64,000 bases of DNA from Tubiluchus corallicola. Lineage: Eukaryota; Animalia; Priapulida. Below are positions 39,801 through 50,000 of this stretch, piece by piece. Below the pieces are notes generated by a model that saw only the letters and a program-made list of their open reading frames with translations, searched no databases and was not told where the DNA came from. A program made the translations under genes and the position numbers. The stretch lies in assembly GCA_030141605.1 (NCBI GenBank), contig JAQGDQ010000296.1:62001-126000 (forward strand). The letters run 5' to 3'. Numbering within the stretch: position 1 is the first letter of the stretch; each line of letters opens with the position of its first letter.

Positions 39801-41784
39801 AAAAAATGCTGGGAAAGTTCAATTTGACATTACATAACAATTGCATTAAGTTGAACACTACAGTAGCCACACAAAATTTTAATTACATCATGATTAGAAG
39901 CGGTTAGTAATCATACCATGACCAGATGCAAATACCTGGAGTCTGTCATTGACCTTACAAAAAATGGATGAAAATGATTACGTCATACTGGCAACATGAT
40001 AAACATAGAGTAGATTCATTTAACCTCATCTAGACTTTGTTGCTAAAGCACCACACAAAAAAGCCTTTCATCTTCTAATTGCTTATAACATTTGGCACAG
40101 CTAATGGGATTGCAAACTCACGAAATGCATGTAACTTAGGCCTACTCATTGATGGGTAGTTGTGCTAGACAAAAATAGCTAAATATCAGCATTCTTAGTA
40201 GGAAAAAAATCTACGGGATCACGCATTTACTAAGTAACAAATGTCAAACCAGTGAAGTACCTTTGCTCTTGCCACCTGTTTGTTTGCTGGAGGCTGTGCA
40301 AAATAAGAGTGAGTTAACTTATAATTTCTCTTTTAACTTACAGAGACAACATTGAAAAAATATGTTCAGTGATAAACACCAAAATTACTTAGAGATAATG
40401 TAGAACTGAATAACCACAATTATAGAGTTTTCAAAACTATTTTGAGATAATGGCAATAAGATTTTTGAACAGTAAGAGTTTTATTGTTTTATACAAATTT
40501 AATTAGAATTATACACAAGCTAAGACACCCGACTAACTTCATTTTAACAGAGTCTGTTCAGGTCAGGAAAGTTCAGCTAGAGGAACAGCAATATGCTTTG
40601 TTATTAAGCTGCTGTACCATTCACAGATGCAGGCACCTTACTACTAACCCCAGTTACTTGAATTAATTATTAACAACTGTAATTAATTTATTGCTACCGT
40701 CAAATAACTAAATCATTAATTAAATACATAGTACTACCAAAATACTGTAGAAGCAAACAGTGGGGTTCAGTGTTGCTTGAGGACTGCTAGTAAATAAATA
40801 ATTTGACATCATGTTGCTATTCATTTTAGCTTGCTGTCGTGTGTATTTAATAAAAAATTTGCTATACAGCCTATTGTTCACAAGAAGTATTTAAATTGAA
40901 GGAATCAATTTTCATTTGTTGTGCAAGTGCACAGAACAATGTTAGGCAAAACTTTAAAAATGCAAACTTATACAAGGCAAATTCTCGTCTTGAAATATTG
41001 TTTCATACTTTATAATAAAAACAGTCACATTCAATCCTCTTTTAGGTAAAATTGTGAGACATCAGTATAATGAATATCCTAAAGTTGATTTATCTAAAAC
41101 CTCACACTGATACAACACTACAATACTACAATTATCGATGTTTTCTAGACTAATGCAGTATCAACTGCCAACTATTGAAATGTTTAAAACACCAAAGAAT
41201 TAAGTAGGAATCAGTTTTTTAGATTCCATTGCAATGTAACTTGAATTGGTTTATATTACAACTGCATTGAGTTCATATGTGCATTTCAGTTATAGTTTGA
41301 ACCTCAACAGATTCAAAACAATGATGAAATAGAGTTTACACTAATGTGGATTAATCTAATTGGACCCATAAAAAAGCAAAGAAGGTCACTTTTGTACACG
41401 CCAAATGCATAAGTTGGCTGCAAATGAAATTAACATTTAGCGTGAAAGAAGTGTTCAGTACAAAATATTTTACCAAACCACTGAACTGGTAAACTACAAC
41501 TTCAGATACATTCCCAACACTAAACATAACAATCTATGTTTTGCAAAGGTCAGACAGATGGCTACACCAATAAAAAACATCACCAATAAAAAACAAATGT
41601 TTTGATAAAAGTACTCAGTAATGGTTTTAGATCAGCAAAAGTGTGATAATAATCAATTAAATTAGCAAACGAACCAAGAATTAACACAGATACAAACTAA
41701 AACATTTACCTCAATGCGCCACACATGAAAACAAGCTTGCCCACGAGGTATGCTCTTGAATGCGGGATCTACCACAGAGCTCAT
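6771..41784 (-). CDS. Villin/advillin-family actin-binding protein, 23 coding exons, about 820 aa (6 gelsolin domains + villin headpiece)
   Basis: Manual minus-strand exon chain, all GT-AG with consistent phases: 41710-41784, 39039-39113, 36225-36290, 35893-36023, 35669-35771, 35358-35488, 33925-34110, 33311-33389, 31360-31458, 25783-25936, 25451-25551, 25064-25201, 24714-24800, 23340-23411, 22659-22769, 19211-19294, 18199-18351, 15650-15739, 14158-14271, 13725-13847, 12764-12832, 10699-10806, 6771-6884. Sum 2463 nt. Motifs [52 protein letters not shown] and headpiece GVDP...[16 protein letters not shown]1 vs AVIL orthology cannot be resolved. Confidence 0.95.
8340..8700. repeat. Degenerate (CACCA)n low-complexity repeat
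   Basis: CACCACAC/CACACCA units. These explain the His/Thr/Pro-rich and Val/Trp/Cys-rich pseudo-ORFs here. Confidence 0.9.
9207..9280. repeat. 37-bp tandem duplication
   Basis: TGCACGAATTTTTGTA(A/C)TTTTAGTGTA(A/C)ATAAACAGA twice. Confidence 0.85.
9658..9823. repeat. Diverged tandem duplication, about 83-bp unit
   Basis: GCACAGT...GTAAGACTAGTGTTTTTATATTA...GTGCTGGCTGCCAT occurs twice. Confidence 0.85.
10699..10806 (-). CDS. Villin exon 22 ([36 protein letters not shown])
   Basis: N-terminal subdomain of the headpiece, LPxGVDP. Confidence 0.93.
12764..12832 (-). CDS. Villin exon 21 ([23 protein letters not shown])
   Basis: Villin linker KxYEDLxxEL-like; CAG/GTGAT boundaries, phase 0. Confidence 0.88.
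13725..13847 (-). CDS. Villin exon 20 ([41 protein letters not shown])
   Basis: G6 C-terminal motif [10 protein letters not shown]. Confidence 0.95.
14158..14271 (-). CDS. Villin exon 19 ([38 protein letters not shown])
   Basis: DLxxDDVMILD...WIG motif. Confidence 0.95.
15411..15556. repeat. Perfect 73-bp tandem duplication
   Basis: TGAGGAAAGT...AAGTCTACT at 15411-15483 and 15484-15556. Confidence 0.95.
15650..15739 (-). CDS. Villin exon 18 ([30 protein letters not shown])
   Basis: G6 motif PRLFxCSN. Confidence 0.95.
18199..18351 (-). CDS. Villin exon 17 ([11 protein letters not shown]...[14 protein letters not shown]...RLK)
   Basis: GDEREMA and EGxEPxxFW motifs. Confidence 0.95.
19211..19294 (-). 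CDS. Villin exon 16 ([28 protein letters not shown])
   Basis: [10 protein letters not shown] motif. Confidence 0.95.
19800..22000 (-). mobile_element. Decayed non-LTR retrotransposon (LINE; CR1/L2-group-like) ORF2 in villin intron 15; boundaries approximate
   Basis: The minus strand at about 21790-21930 reads [11 protein letters not shown]...[28 protein letters not shown] (APE endonuclease). Also [15 protein letters not shown] (about 21380), GFKPNGGT (about 20620), [13 protein letters not shown] (RT, about 20440) and [18 protein letters not shown] (about 20170). Confidence 0.8.
22659..22769 (-). CDS. Villin exon 15 ([37 protein letters not shown])
   Basis: Start of G5; acceptor is AAG, donor GTGAG. 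Confidence 0.93.
23340..23411 (-). CDS. Villin exon 14 ([24 protein letters not shown])
   Basis: [11 protein letters not shown] motif. Confidence 0.95.
24714..24800 (-). CDS. Villin exon 13 ([29 protein letters not shown])
   Basis: G4 helix; AG/GTATG boundaries. Confidence 0.95.
25064..25201 (-). CDS. Villin exon 12 ([11 protein letters not shown]...[15 protein letters not shown]...YYWQ)
   Basis: G4 WRIE and GDCY motifs. Confidence 0.95.
25451..25551 (-). CDS. Villin exon 11 ([34 protein letters not shown])
   Basis: G3-G4 linker FDAxxMH...DDGxG. Confidence 0.95.
25783..25936 (-). CDS. Villin exon 10 ([33 protein letters not shown]...GKV)
   Basis: Lies within supplied ORF 25757-26014; ends in phase 1. 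Confidence 0.95.
26279..26522 (+). repeat. 5' LTR (244 bp)
   Basis: TG...CA ends with an 8-bp terminal inverted repeat; internal AATAAA; 12 substitutions vs the 3' LTR by manual alignment (about 95% identity). Confidence 0.95.
26526..26545 (+). promoter_or_regulatory. Primer binding site, tRNA-Pro type
   Basis: TGGGGGCTCGAAGCCGGGAT, 3 nt after the LTR, close to the canonical tRNA-Pro PBS TGGGGGCTCGTCCGGGAT. Confidence 0.85.
27556..28542 (+). CDS. gag: Retrotransposon Gag (328 aa; coiled coil plus capsid with SCAN-like C-terminal domain), ending at a TGA inside the zinc knuckle
   Basis: [18 protein letters not shown]...WP...W...GKAQE...[13 protein letters not shown]...LLEDF. The downstream frame reads [13 protein letters not shown], a CCHC knuckle with the second Cys replaced by a stop. 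Confidence 0.88.
   Translation: MATSFDPEMFCKGCLEALPRLDKLTKDNLLALADYLNIELPTRARKAKNIEILGNPEILKTARPREGEKSVISKSPHIHVDTPMGTDKNELELAKIALERERMELEKLRLEYQDKERQRDRENNVKMKELELLTASTNLGAQQANNQTFDVIKNIRLVPKFSETDVETFFLTFEKIANNLKWPKAHWPVLLQSSFTGKAQEIYSSLPSTQSSNYEQLKSAVLKEYELVPEAYRQRFRNSQKGSNQTYVEFARDKEVMLDRWCRSLNVGESYEKLRQMVLLEDFKSSIPMQIKTHLENQKVDSLQKAAVMADDYELANKTNFKSVQCTY
28756..30364 (+). pseudogene. pol: Disrupted pol: aspartic protease, integrase (HHCC plus start of the DDE core), C-terminal RNase H; RT missing
   Basis: L(R/*)DTGAAQSLL and LLLGND (PR); [11 protein letters not shown]...CHVC and [11 protein letters not shown]...TRFPEAIPL (IN); from about 30153 QHFEIY...[10 protein letters not shown]...NQRLLR*SL...[12 protein letters not shown] (RNase H). 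Confidence 0.9.
30397..30408 (+). promoter_or_regulatory. Polypurine tract
   Basis: GGGGGGGGGAGA immediately before the TG of the 3' LTR. Confidence 0.85.
30409..30652 (+). repeat. 3' LTR (244 bp)
   Basis: Direct repeat of 26279-26522, preceded by a G-run PPT and followed by the GGTT TSD. Confidence 0.95.
31037..31104. repeat. Compound (GCAC)n/(CG)n/(CA)n microsatellite
   Basis: Seen directly. Confidence 0.85.
31360..31458 (-). CDS. Villin exon 9 ([33 protein letters not shown])
   Basis: G3 motif DSFIVD...WVG; AG/GTTAGT boundaries. Confidence 0.95.
33311..33389 (-). CDS. Villin exon 8 ([26 protein letters not shown])
   Basis: Start of G3; AG/GTAAGT boundaries. Confidence 0.93.
33925..34110 (-). 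CDS. Villin exon 7 ([16 protein letters not shown]...ELKLY)
   Basis: Lies within supplied ORF 33921-34118; phase 2/2 GT-AG boundaries. Confidence 0.92.
35358..35488 (-). CDS. Villin exon 6 ([44 protein letters not shown])
   Basis: G2 motif SWSSxNxGDCFILD. Confidence 0.95.
35669..35771 (-). CDS. Villin exon 5 ([34 protein letters not shown])
   Basis: GGVASGF and RLFQVKG motifs; phase matches exon 4. Confidence 0.95.
35893..36023 (-). CDS. Villin exon 4 ([44 protein letters not shown])
   Basis: Classic G1 helix and QHREVQG; ends in phase 2. Confidence 0.95.
36225..36290 (-). CDS. Villin exon 3 ([22 protein letters not shown])
   Basis: AG/GTGAG boundaries; IHFWLG motif. Confidence 0.93.
37370..37870. 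repeat. Diverged TTAATTAA-rich internal repeat (about 150-bp units), probably a non-autonomous element
   Basis: Recurrent blocks TTTTGTT...CTAAT(C/T)ATCAT(G/A)CCAA(G/A)TTTT with many AATTAATTAA; ends GACCCGAGCTAA. Confidence 0.5.
39039..39113 (-). CDS. Villin exon 2 ([25 protein letters not shown])
   Basis: AG/GTAAGT boundaries; G1 motif YGxFYSGDSY. Confidence 0.93.
41710..41784 (-). CDS. Villin exon 1 ([25 protein letters not shown])
   Basis: ATG at 41784, donor GAG|GTAAAT, gelsolin-family WRIE motif. Confidence 0.9.
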
Positions 41785-42756
41785 ATTTCCAATTTATTTT
41801 TCTTCAAAAAAAATGTTTACTAAAATTAATGTTTGTTACTTTATAAAATGAAGGAACGGTTGTGGATATTACAAGGCAATTTAACAGCAAAAAAACACTT
41901 AAGTATTAACAAAAGATTACAAAAACAGGAGCAGCCAAAACAAGAACAGTTTTGCAAATATATGTGAAATATTATATTAAAGGCAGAAAAAGATAAAATG
42001 CATGATTACAGAGCTTGAACACGGGTAGAAAGGATATTACTGTTAACCACATATATAAGTTTTTTACATAATGAAAATATTGAGTGCAGCCTATAACTTA
42101 TGTAGCTGTTTTCAAGTTCTCTCCTCCTCAAGTTGTAGAACTATAGAAAAGTACTGCAATAATAAAGGAAAAGTGGGTCTCAAGGGGTACTTTAAGACCC
42201 TGAAGGGCAGAATCTGGCATCTGCTGCACATTGGCGGCCAACATCATACGCAACGAAAGTCATAAAATATTTGCTCTTAATAGCAAGATATTTAAATTAA
42301 CGAAGATTAACGAATTACAGAAGATTATAAATTATGAATGGACTAAATTTGCTGACGATGGTACAGTGAGGTGGCAGTTGTGAAATCTGGGGCATTTATG
42401 AAATATGGAGTAGCGAGTGACATAATAACACCCAAGAATAAAATTGATTTGGTGAGTATTCTGTAGCCTAGGGTGGCCCATTCACAATCAAAGGCCTAGC
42501 TTGGCATTCCTCCAAGAAAGTTTATTTAACAAGTAGCTCCATTCATAGCAAAACAATAAATAACATTATATTATAGATAATTAGAATTAGAACTAATTAT
42601 TAATGATTGTGTGACATTTATAACCGCTTGCTATAGAAACTGCCGAGAAATCAGCTGAGAAACTCAATTGCACACATACTATAATGCAGATGCCTGCTTG
42701 AACTAGATGATTCGACACTAATCGTAAACTCGGCTATTTCAAATAATCCAAGGTTT

Positions 42757-43078
42757 AAGGACAACAGGAGTTTTGGACACATAGGACATTTGGACACAAG
42801 ACATTAGGACAAAGTCTTTGGATACTTAGATACAAGATATTTGGATACAAGATGATTTTGATACATGGGGCATTTGGACATACAGGACATTTAGACGCAA
42901 GGTGATTTTGACACATAGGGCATTTAGACACAAGAACATTTTGACATATAGGACGTTTGGATACAAGGACATTTGGACACATAAGCTATTTAGATACTAG
43001 GGGTTTTGGACACATAGAACATTGCACACCAGATATTTTTCACACAGCATATTTAGACACATAGATAATTTCGATACA
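42757..43078. repeat. Diverged minisatellite, about 16-bp unit (GGACATTTGGACACAT-like)
   Basis: Roughly 20 variant units; produces the spurious CPNVL-repeat ORF. Confidence 0.85.
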
Positions 43079-44541
43079 TTAAAGTGACATCTACGTAGCA
43101 TCCATGTGCGTATGCGTTTTGGAGGGATGCGGAATAGATAAAATTGGTTTACATTGTTTTCAATGCACCTGTTTGTGCAGCCTGCATTATTCTTTTTCTG
43201 CAGCTATTCCTATTGATTTTTTTCTGCAGGCTGTTCTGCAGGTGGAAAACGCAAATGCATATGCACCTGAATGCTGGGTAAATGCCACTTAACAGTTTAA
43301 ACACCAAGGGTACCATTTGAATTCAATCGTGAGACCTGATATACCACTTAGCAAACATTGGTTACTTAGTTATACCCTGTTCTTGGTTATGGGTAAATTT
43401 AAACCGCTTTTTTATATAATTCAAGAAGTTTCTAATGTCTAAAAAACGTAGATCAAACGATTGATATGTTATCTATTTTGAAAGACACTTTTTCTCATTA
43501 CTTTGAGCCCAACTCCTACAACAGTAACTGCAGTCTGTAGCTCAAGAAGTACATAAATATTAGGGCATTTCAGCGTGTGTGGATATCCGACGCGGTGGCT
43601 GCGGCTATTGCGACAAGTGTGATTGACACTGTGATTACTACAGATACGGCGAGATTTCTTATCGTAATTTTTCACGCTGAGCTGAAAAACCGATAACTAA
43701 TGTGCAATTATGTGTGATAATAATGAAATATCTAGATTAAGCTGTTTAGGTGCTAATTAAGACTAAATCAAGGATATCGGCACCAGAAAATTTTACATTG
43801 CTGGGAGATTATTTTTACAAATTAGCAAAATGGAAAATAAAAAACTGGCATAGTGCATTTGTTATGTGATAAAGAATTTTCCCAAACTCAGTTGCAGCAG
43901 ATAATAATAAACTTCGGAATTCTCCCATTGCCATGCAAACATCAATATAACTATAAGTTTTTATGGTCAGGTTATACTAATAAAACGTGGTTCAAATTCA
44001 GAGCATATTAATTTTTGGGTCAATCAGCACAAACTTAGATTCTTTTGTAATCGTTAAATGTAATCGTGTAACAACTCGTGCTGCAATCTCGCAATGTAAC
44101 CGACTGAACTATAACTCATTACTCATTAGCAAGAGATCGGGTAACATCAATCAGTAACAACGTGTCATAATGTAAATCCCCATGACATGACGCTGACTGC
44201 ACTTTTTCACAGGCGTTCAGTACTATAAATTATATAATGAGTGAGAACTACAATGTGTGTCTTTGCAGAAATAGCTTTGTGTCCAAATTAAAAGTCATCT
44301 AATTAAAATACATTTAACTACAAAAATATATACAGATATATTAACATCCATAAGTTCAGAAGGCATGAAACTATAGTAACAGCATGCAGAAAATTCATGA
44401 ATTAAGTATCAAATCAGGGCTGTTGTACATTGCTCGATACCTACTGATCTGAATCTATCCATCGATTTTACCTAAAAATGCAATAAGGCCTAGTAAATTT
44501 GCCATTGCTAGAAGTGCCGCCCTAATTAATGGAGCTCACGC

Positions 44542-44581
<40 letters not shown>

Positions 44582-44702
44582 TACATAGAAACAAAAATTA
44601 TAGTAATATATAGAATTATAGAGTATATATATATATAGAATACTATATATAGAATACAGAGAAATAAAATTATAGTGAGTGTATGTGTGTGTGTGTGTGT
44701 GA
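44542..44702. repeat. (TA)n and (TG)n microsatellite cluster
   Basis: Seen directly; source of the YIYIYI pseudo-ORFs. Confidence 0.9.
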
Positions 44703-46965
44703 GAAATAGATCCCAAACAATTTTGATTGGATGCAGACTTCTTATGTAGATGTTAGCCATCATGTTCATCATTGTTATGAACAATGTTTTTGTACAACAA
44801 ATTTTGCAAGCTGATACTACTAAACATAAATAAAATGACATTACAGTAATTATTGTATGTATTGCTGCAGAAGATGCCATAAAGCTTTTGCTTATCACAA
44901 AATTGGTGCAAAAGATGGAGACGATCATCTTACTTCATTTTTTTACAATCAAAAATAGTTCACAAACTTATTGCACTGCTGTGTGAACACGCAGTATTTA
45001 TAATTACTGCAAATACAAAGTGGTACATAGAACTGAAGAATTCAAGATGATTGCTCATCCAAGCTTTAAAATACAGCCAGATAAAAATGCTGTACGCTAT
45101 GACTTCAGCCCTACGGTCCTAGGTTGAGAGGTAATCATCAGTAATTAGTACTGCAAAATTAAATTATTACTTTCCTAACATATCTTGCATTTCTTCGATA
45201 ATAATAATTGATCTTTAGACTTTATTGTTATAATGCATATGATACATATCAATGTGCATTTCTGGACATCGATTGAGTGAATTTCAATTTTAATTATTGT
45301 AATACAACACTGAGAAGATTACTTAATAATTGTAAAAATCTATTTTACTTACTTATACTTAGATTGTGTGCAGTCTGATGTTTTCTGTTAGTGCCTTTAC
45401 AGTAATTCCTACCGAACAGCAACTTTACGATACAGGACACACGGATGGACACCTGATTTACCTGCACAGTGCACACCTTAAGAGCCAAACAACACAAAAG
45501 TTAATACATCATAAATTTTTAACAAATGCTACTCGGGGTAAGAGTAATTTTCACTAATCTATATGTCAACTGTATTTTATTATGTACAAAATTATTTTTG
45601 AACAAAACTGAAAATAATGAAAGCACTTTTAGTTTCACATTAGGAGAAAGGCCTGACTGTTCTTATGTACAGCAGTTAATGTTACTACTTACCTGAGAAT
45701 GTAGATCCGGTTTGCGGACTGACACACGAATAACAGGTAACTGCGGGCAGTGACTCGTAAACCACAGATACAAGAGCAACGCATGTTCGTACCAGAATCG
45801 CCAGACCACAAGATAGTATACACCATTTGCTGGGGAAAGGAGTTTAAGCAACGAGCAGTAGTTCAAAACAATAATTATTACATCGAAATAATTACTACTG
45901 AATCAATTAACGGTGACTTCTCCATGCTCTCAACGTTAGTGTAAATCTAAACTGGGCATATAGTTGGCAAACTTGAAGGGCATGATTGGAGCAGGCCAGC
46001 AGCGACAAAGAGATCAGTGTGGAACTCGAGATTCGCCAACTCATCTTGCAGCTTGGTGTCTCACGAGCTTGTGTTCTGAATACCAATTAATTGGGTTATC
46101 TTTTGTATTAGCCTTCACTACAACATTAAGGTTAGTTCCAATGTATGTAGAGCGCCATGGTACTTTTTGATGAATTTCCAGGCTACACATTTCGATTGAT
46201 ACTATCTGCTAGAGTTTTCATGTCAAATTTGTCCATGCTCTAATCATACACTCATGATTGTGCCACCCTGCTTTGGCTTCAGAAAAAAAACATAAAAAAT
46301 AAGAATATAAATTGAATTAACAATATTGTAGTAAACTGCATAAAGAAGAATATGATATAATCTGTTAATTAGTTATAAACATCAGCAAATGTAACCGCAT
46401 TTTGGAGGAGTGCTGACAATATGGAAATAAAATGCACTGAAGTTCGATGTCAATTTAAGCTTTTAATCCTCATGAATGTATCACTCTGCAGGATAATGCC
46501 TCATTTTCGGAAAGAAAACAAAAAATAACAATATAAATAGAATTAATAACATTATAGAAATCTTGGTAAAAAGAATAAATTATAACCTGTTGATTCATAA
46601 ACATAAAAAAATATGTAAAAATATCAAAATCATTAATCTGTAGGAGAAGCTGGCAATATGAAGTGAAATGCATTGAAGTTTAATCACAGTTTTTAATTAA
46701 AAGACTTTAGTCTTCTGCATACACAAAATCGCATAGTTACGTTGCGGAATTTAAAAATGCAATTACGGGAAAAATACCTGAAAAAAGAAGAGCATAACCA
46801 CAAGCCAGATGGCGTAATAACTGATAGCTCTAGAAATTTTCATATAAACTATAATCACTATAATTTTCATATGTGTTCACGGCGTATACGTATACAATTT
46901 TAAAATACAACTGAGCAAGCAACAGTTACCTACTGTAATGATGATCGTACGTAACAGCACGCTAA

Positions 46966-47042
46966 TAAAGAATTATCCTCAACCTGATAAACAACTATAA
47001 CGTCACTCTATAGTTGTTTATAAGGCTGAGGATAATTCTTTA
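46966..47042. repeat. Inverted repeat/hairpin, 34-bp arms with a 9-nt loop
   Basis: Arms 46966-46999 and 47009-47042 are reverse complements with 2 mismatches. Confidence 0.9.
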
Positions 47043-50000
47043 AGAATAATGTACATTCAATATTTAACTACATAATTACATAAATCAGCAGAGTTGTCTT
47101 AGCCATATTTGGATGTATTCTTAACATCATATGTGTTAAGCATGCACCTTAATAAGCATGAAAAATTTTCATGAAACGTCTTAAAAATGTTTTGTTGTAG
47201 AGTCTCAAAAATGATTAAAAAATGTTTTGCTGATGTTTTACTAAATTGACCTACAATCATGAAAGTACTAAAATGCTTCAATAACATTTCTGAGACCATA
47301 CATTGAAGCCATTTTTGAAAACATTTTTATAAGTTTTAAAAATGTTGTGTTTGTTAGAATGAACACTCACAACTCTCCCCTTACTCTGATTCATTTATTT
47401 GTTTTTTATAGACCTTTGTTTTAAAGGCCATGGCAGCGTCACAATGTAGCAATATTCTATCAGCATAGCAAGTTAATTACATAGGTATACCGATTAAACG
47501 CCATTATAATAAACAAAGTGGATCTTTATAAGAAGCTTAGCGTTTATAGGAACCAAATACCGATAAAGTATCATACCATGTCATTATTAATTCATTTATA
47601 TGTTATCTTATTGTAGAATTGTCATAAAGTGTAATGAAGTCTATTAACTGAATTATTTTAATTGTAATTAGTTATGACAATAACATTTTTATCATTGCAG
47701 ACCTCCTGTAAAATTAAAAATTGTTTTTGTTCTGAAGACAATGCAATACAAAAGTGAAAAAAGAGGTTTACATAGACGTGTGATGGTGCACTTCTTTGCT
47801 TTAAATATGAATCGTTTATTGTACTCTTGTCATATAAAATTAGAATAACATAACAACGAAATTTGCAAAGAACTGTCGATAAAGCATAAGGCTAATACAC
47901 TACTGCTGAGTAGAAATTTTCATGCATGATAGTATATAGCCACAATTCACTTGAAAATCATAAACTAATGGCTTCGTTACTTTTCATAAGTGTATTGAGA
48001 CTTAAAACTAATTCGAACTTCTGAAGTTTATCTAACGTTCATGCAAAAATATCATAAAAAAATTAGTTATCTAGTTTTCTCTAAAAAATTAAAACACACT
48101 TTATGCTATACACTTATATACTATATGCTATACATATTATACACTTTGACGGAAATTGACAGTGTGTTGCTTTTCTTCAGCCGATGAAAGACGCCATTGA
48201 TAACAGAATTTGAGGTAAAAATGAGACCGCCCAAACGTGAAAATGATTGCGACTTTAAAGTTGTTTTACATGTACTAAATGCATGAGGTGCTTATTACAC
48301 TTTTATTGCCAAAATCCTAAGAGATTTCGCGAACATTGAAATAAGCCTAACTTCCCAGAAGGCTTAATTGCCCTTTCCTTTAAACATTTGAGTGGTTAAA
48401 GAAAGTTATAGTAGTTGTCGTCTTAGAGTCGTCCATATTATTAATTTTGTCAATACAACCTGAGCTTCGATCGCCGCTCCTGATCGAGTCCTGAACATGG
48501 ACATGATTCTTACTCCCGTCCCGATATTGTCGTAGTTATTAGTATACGCGAGTCGAAGTAGAGTTGTAGGAGTAGTCATAGATTTAGATAAAGCGCGTGA
48601 GTACTGTGTACTGAGTAGTAGTAGACTTTTGCAAACGAATTGCCTTACTTTGCTAACTGTTAAGAGATGGCAGCACTAGAAGTAGTGGAGGATCTTCTGT
48701 CAACAAAATTTTACGCAATGGTGAAGAAAACATTTTGTAAAATGCTGAAGTGGTTTTCTGATGTAATGCGTACCATATTGTGCTGATTATAATATTCGTT
48801 GTTGTGCAGATTTCATAATAGTCAATATGTTGAATTCTTACCGTTTGTATAATGTATACAATCACAGTGTCTTAGACGGATCCGTCAATGTCATAGTAAT
48901 GTTAAGAGGCTACGAAGGTTTTAAAACGAAATATCCATTCACGTAGTTAAAGACATGAACTTTTACATTAAGCTGTTTCAATATCGGGCAATAAATATGC
49001 ACCAGTTTCTATTTATAATTTTCGTTTTTTCATAATTTTGTATTTTGTGTATCATTGTCTGTCGGTATTATGTATTATCACTATCATGACTATGGTCGTA
49101 AACTGACCATGACTATGTGTTTTTATATATTTTTGGCGCTATAGTTCTTTCAGTTGTATCCCTTTGTCCTTGCTGCATAAGGTAAACAAATTGTAGGTAA
49201 AACGTTGTGAAGAAAAAACATGCACGTGTCCAATAACTTATGTGTTGAATATTGTTATTTATATAAACAGTATATCCTTATAGCTGTAGTCACTGAAATT
49301 GTTGTAAAAATGTTAATGGCCATTCACAAGTTGGTTAAAATTAGCCAGAACTTATATTTTTGTGTGCTTTAACTGAAGAAAAAACTGCACGGCCTGGTAA
49401 TATGGCAACCTTGTAATAACTGAATTATGACAAATTTCCTCAGGCCCATTTAACAAGAATTTGATTTGTTTAAAAAAATTTAATAACTTAAAGTTTAATA
49501 AAATTATTCTTTTTTCATGTTGCTCTATTCAAAAACGTTTGTGACTTCTAAGTGCATGTTTCCTTTTTCATTGTAATAAAACATTACTCATATATATTGT
49601 CATTTGTAAATTGTATATGTGCATTGACATTGACATTTTCACAATTGTGTCACTGAAGTCCAGAATGGAATAAATGAATTTCAAAATTGGAAATCTGAAT
49701 TGTTTTGAAATTTTGTCAGAATGTTAATTGTTAATGTTAGAAATAATTAATTTGAAATGATACATTATCTTATGTTACCTGAACTTTTTTTGCAGCACGC
49801 AGAGTTTGAAGATTTGTATTTAAGTATTTACAAGTTATGAGTGTTTAAGAACTATTCTCATTTGTGAATGCTGACCATGAGCATGCGATGTCCACAGTGT
49901 TTCCTTATTCATTTCTGTCCCGTAACTCAACTGTATTTATTTATGATAAAATGCAATTAATCAGTTTTCTCTGTTACTGTCGTATACATATAAAATCTAC

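Noticed and set aside
42755-43078. CRISPR-like array or Cys-repeat protein
   Set aside because: Contiguous degenerate 16-bp units with no unique spacers and no cas genes, in a eukaryotic context. It is a minisatellite.
44522-44928. 130-aa and 64-aa hydrophobic ORFs
   Set aside because: Driven by (TA)n/(TG)n microsatellites and AT-rich codons; no homology signal.
44416-45312. hAT-like MITE bounded by CAGGGCTGTTGTA...TACAACACTG
   Set aside because: The terminal repeats are imperfect and no 8-bp TSD is evident. Similar weak fragments at about 11260-11630, 16337, 47150-47360 and 51760-52075 were also left uncalled.
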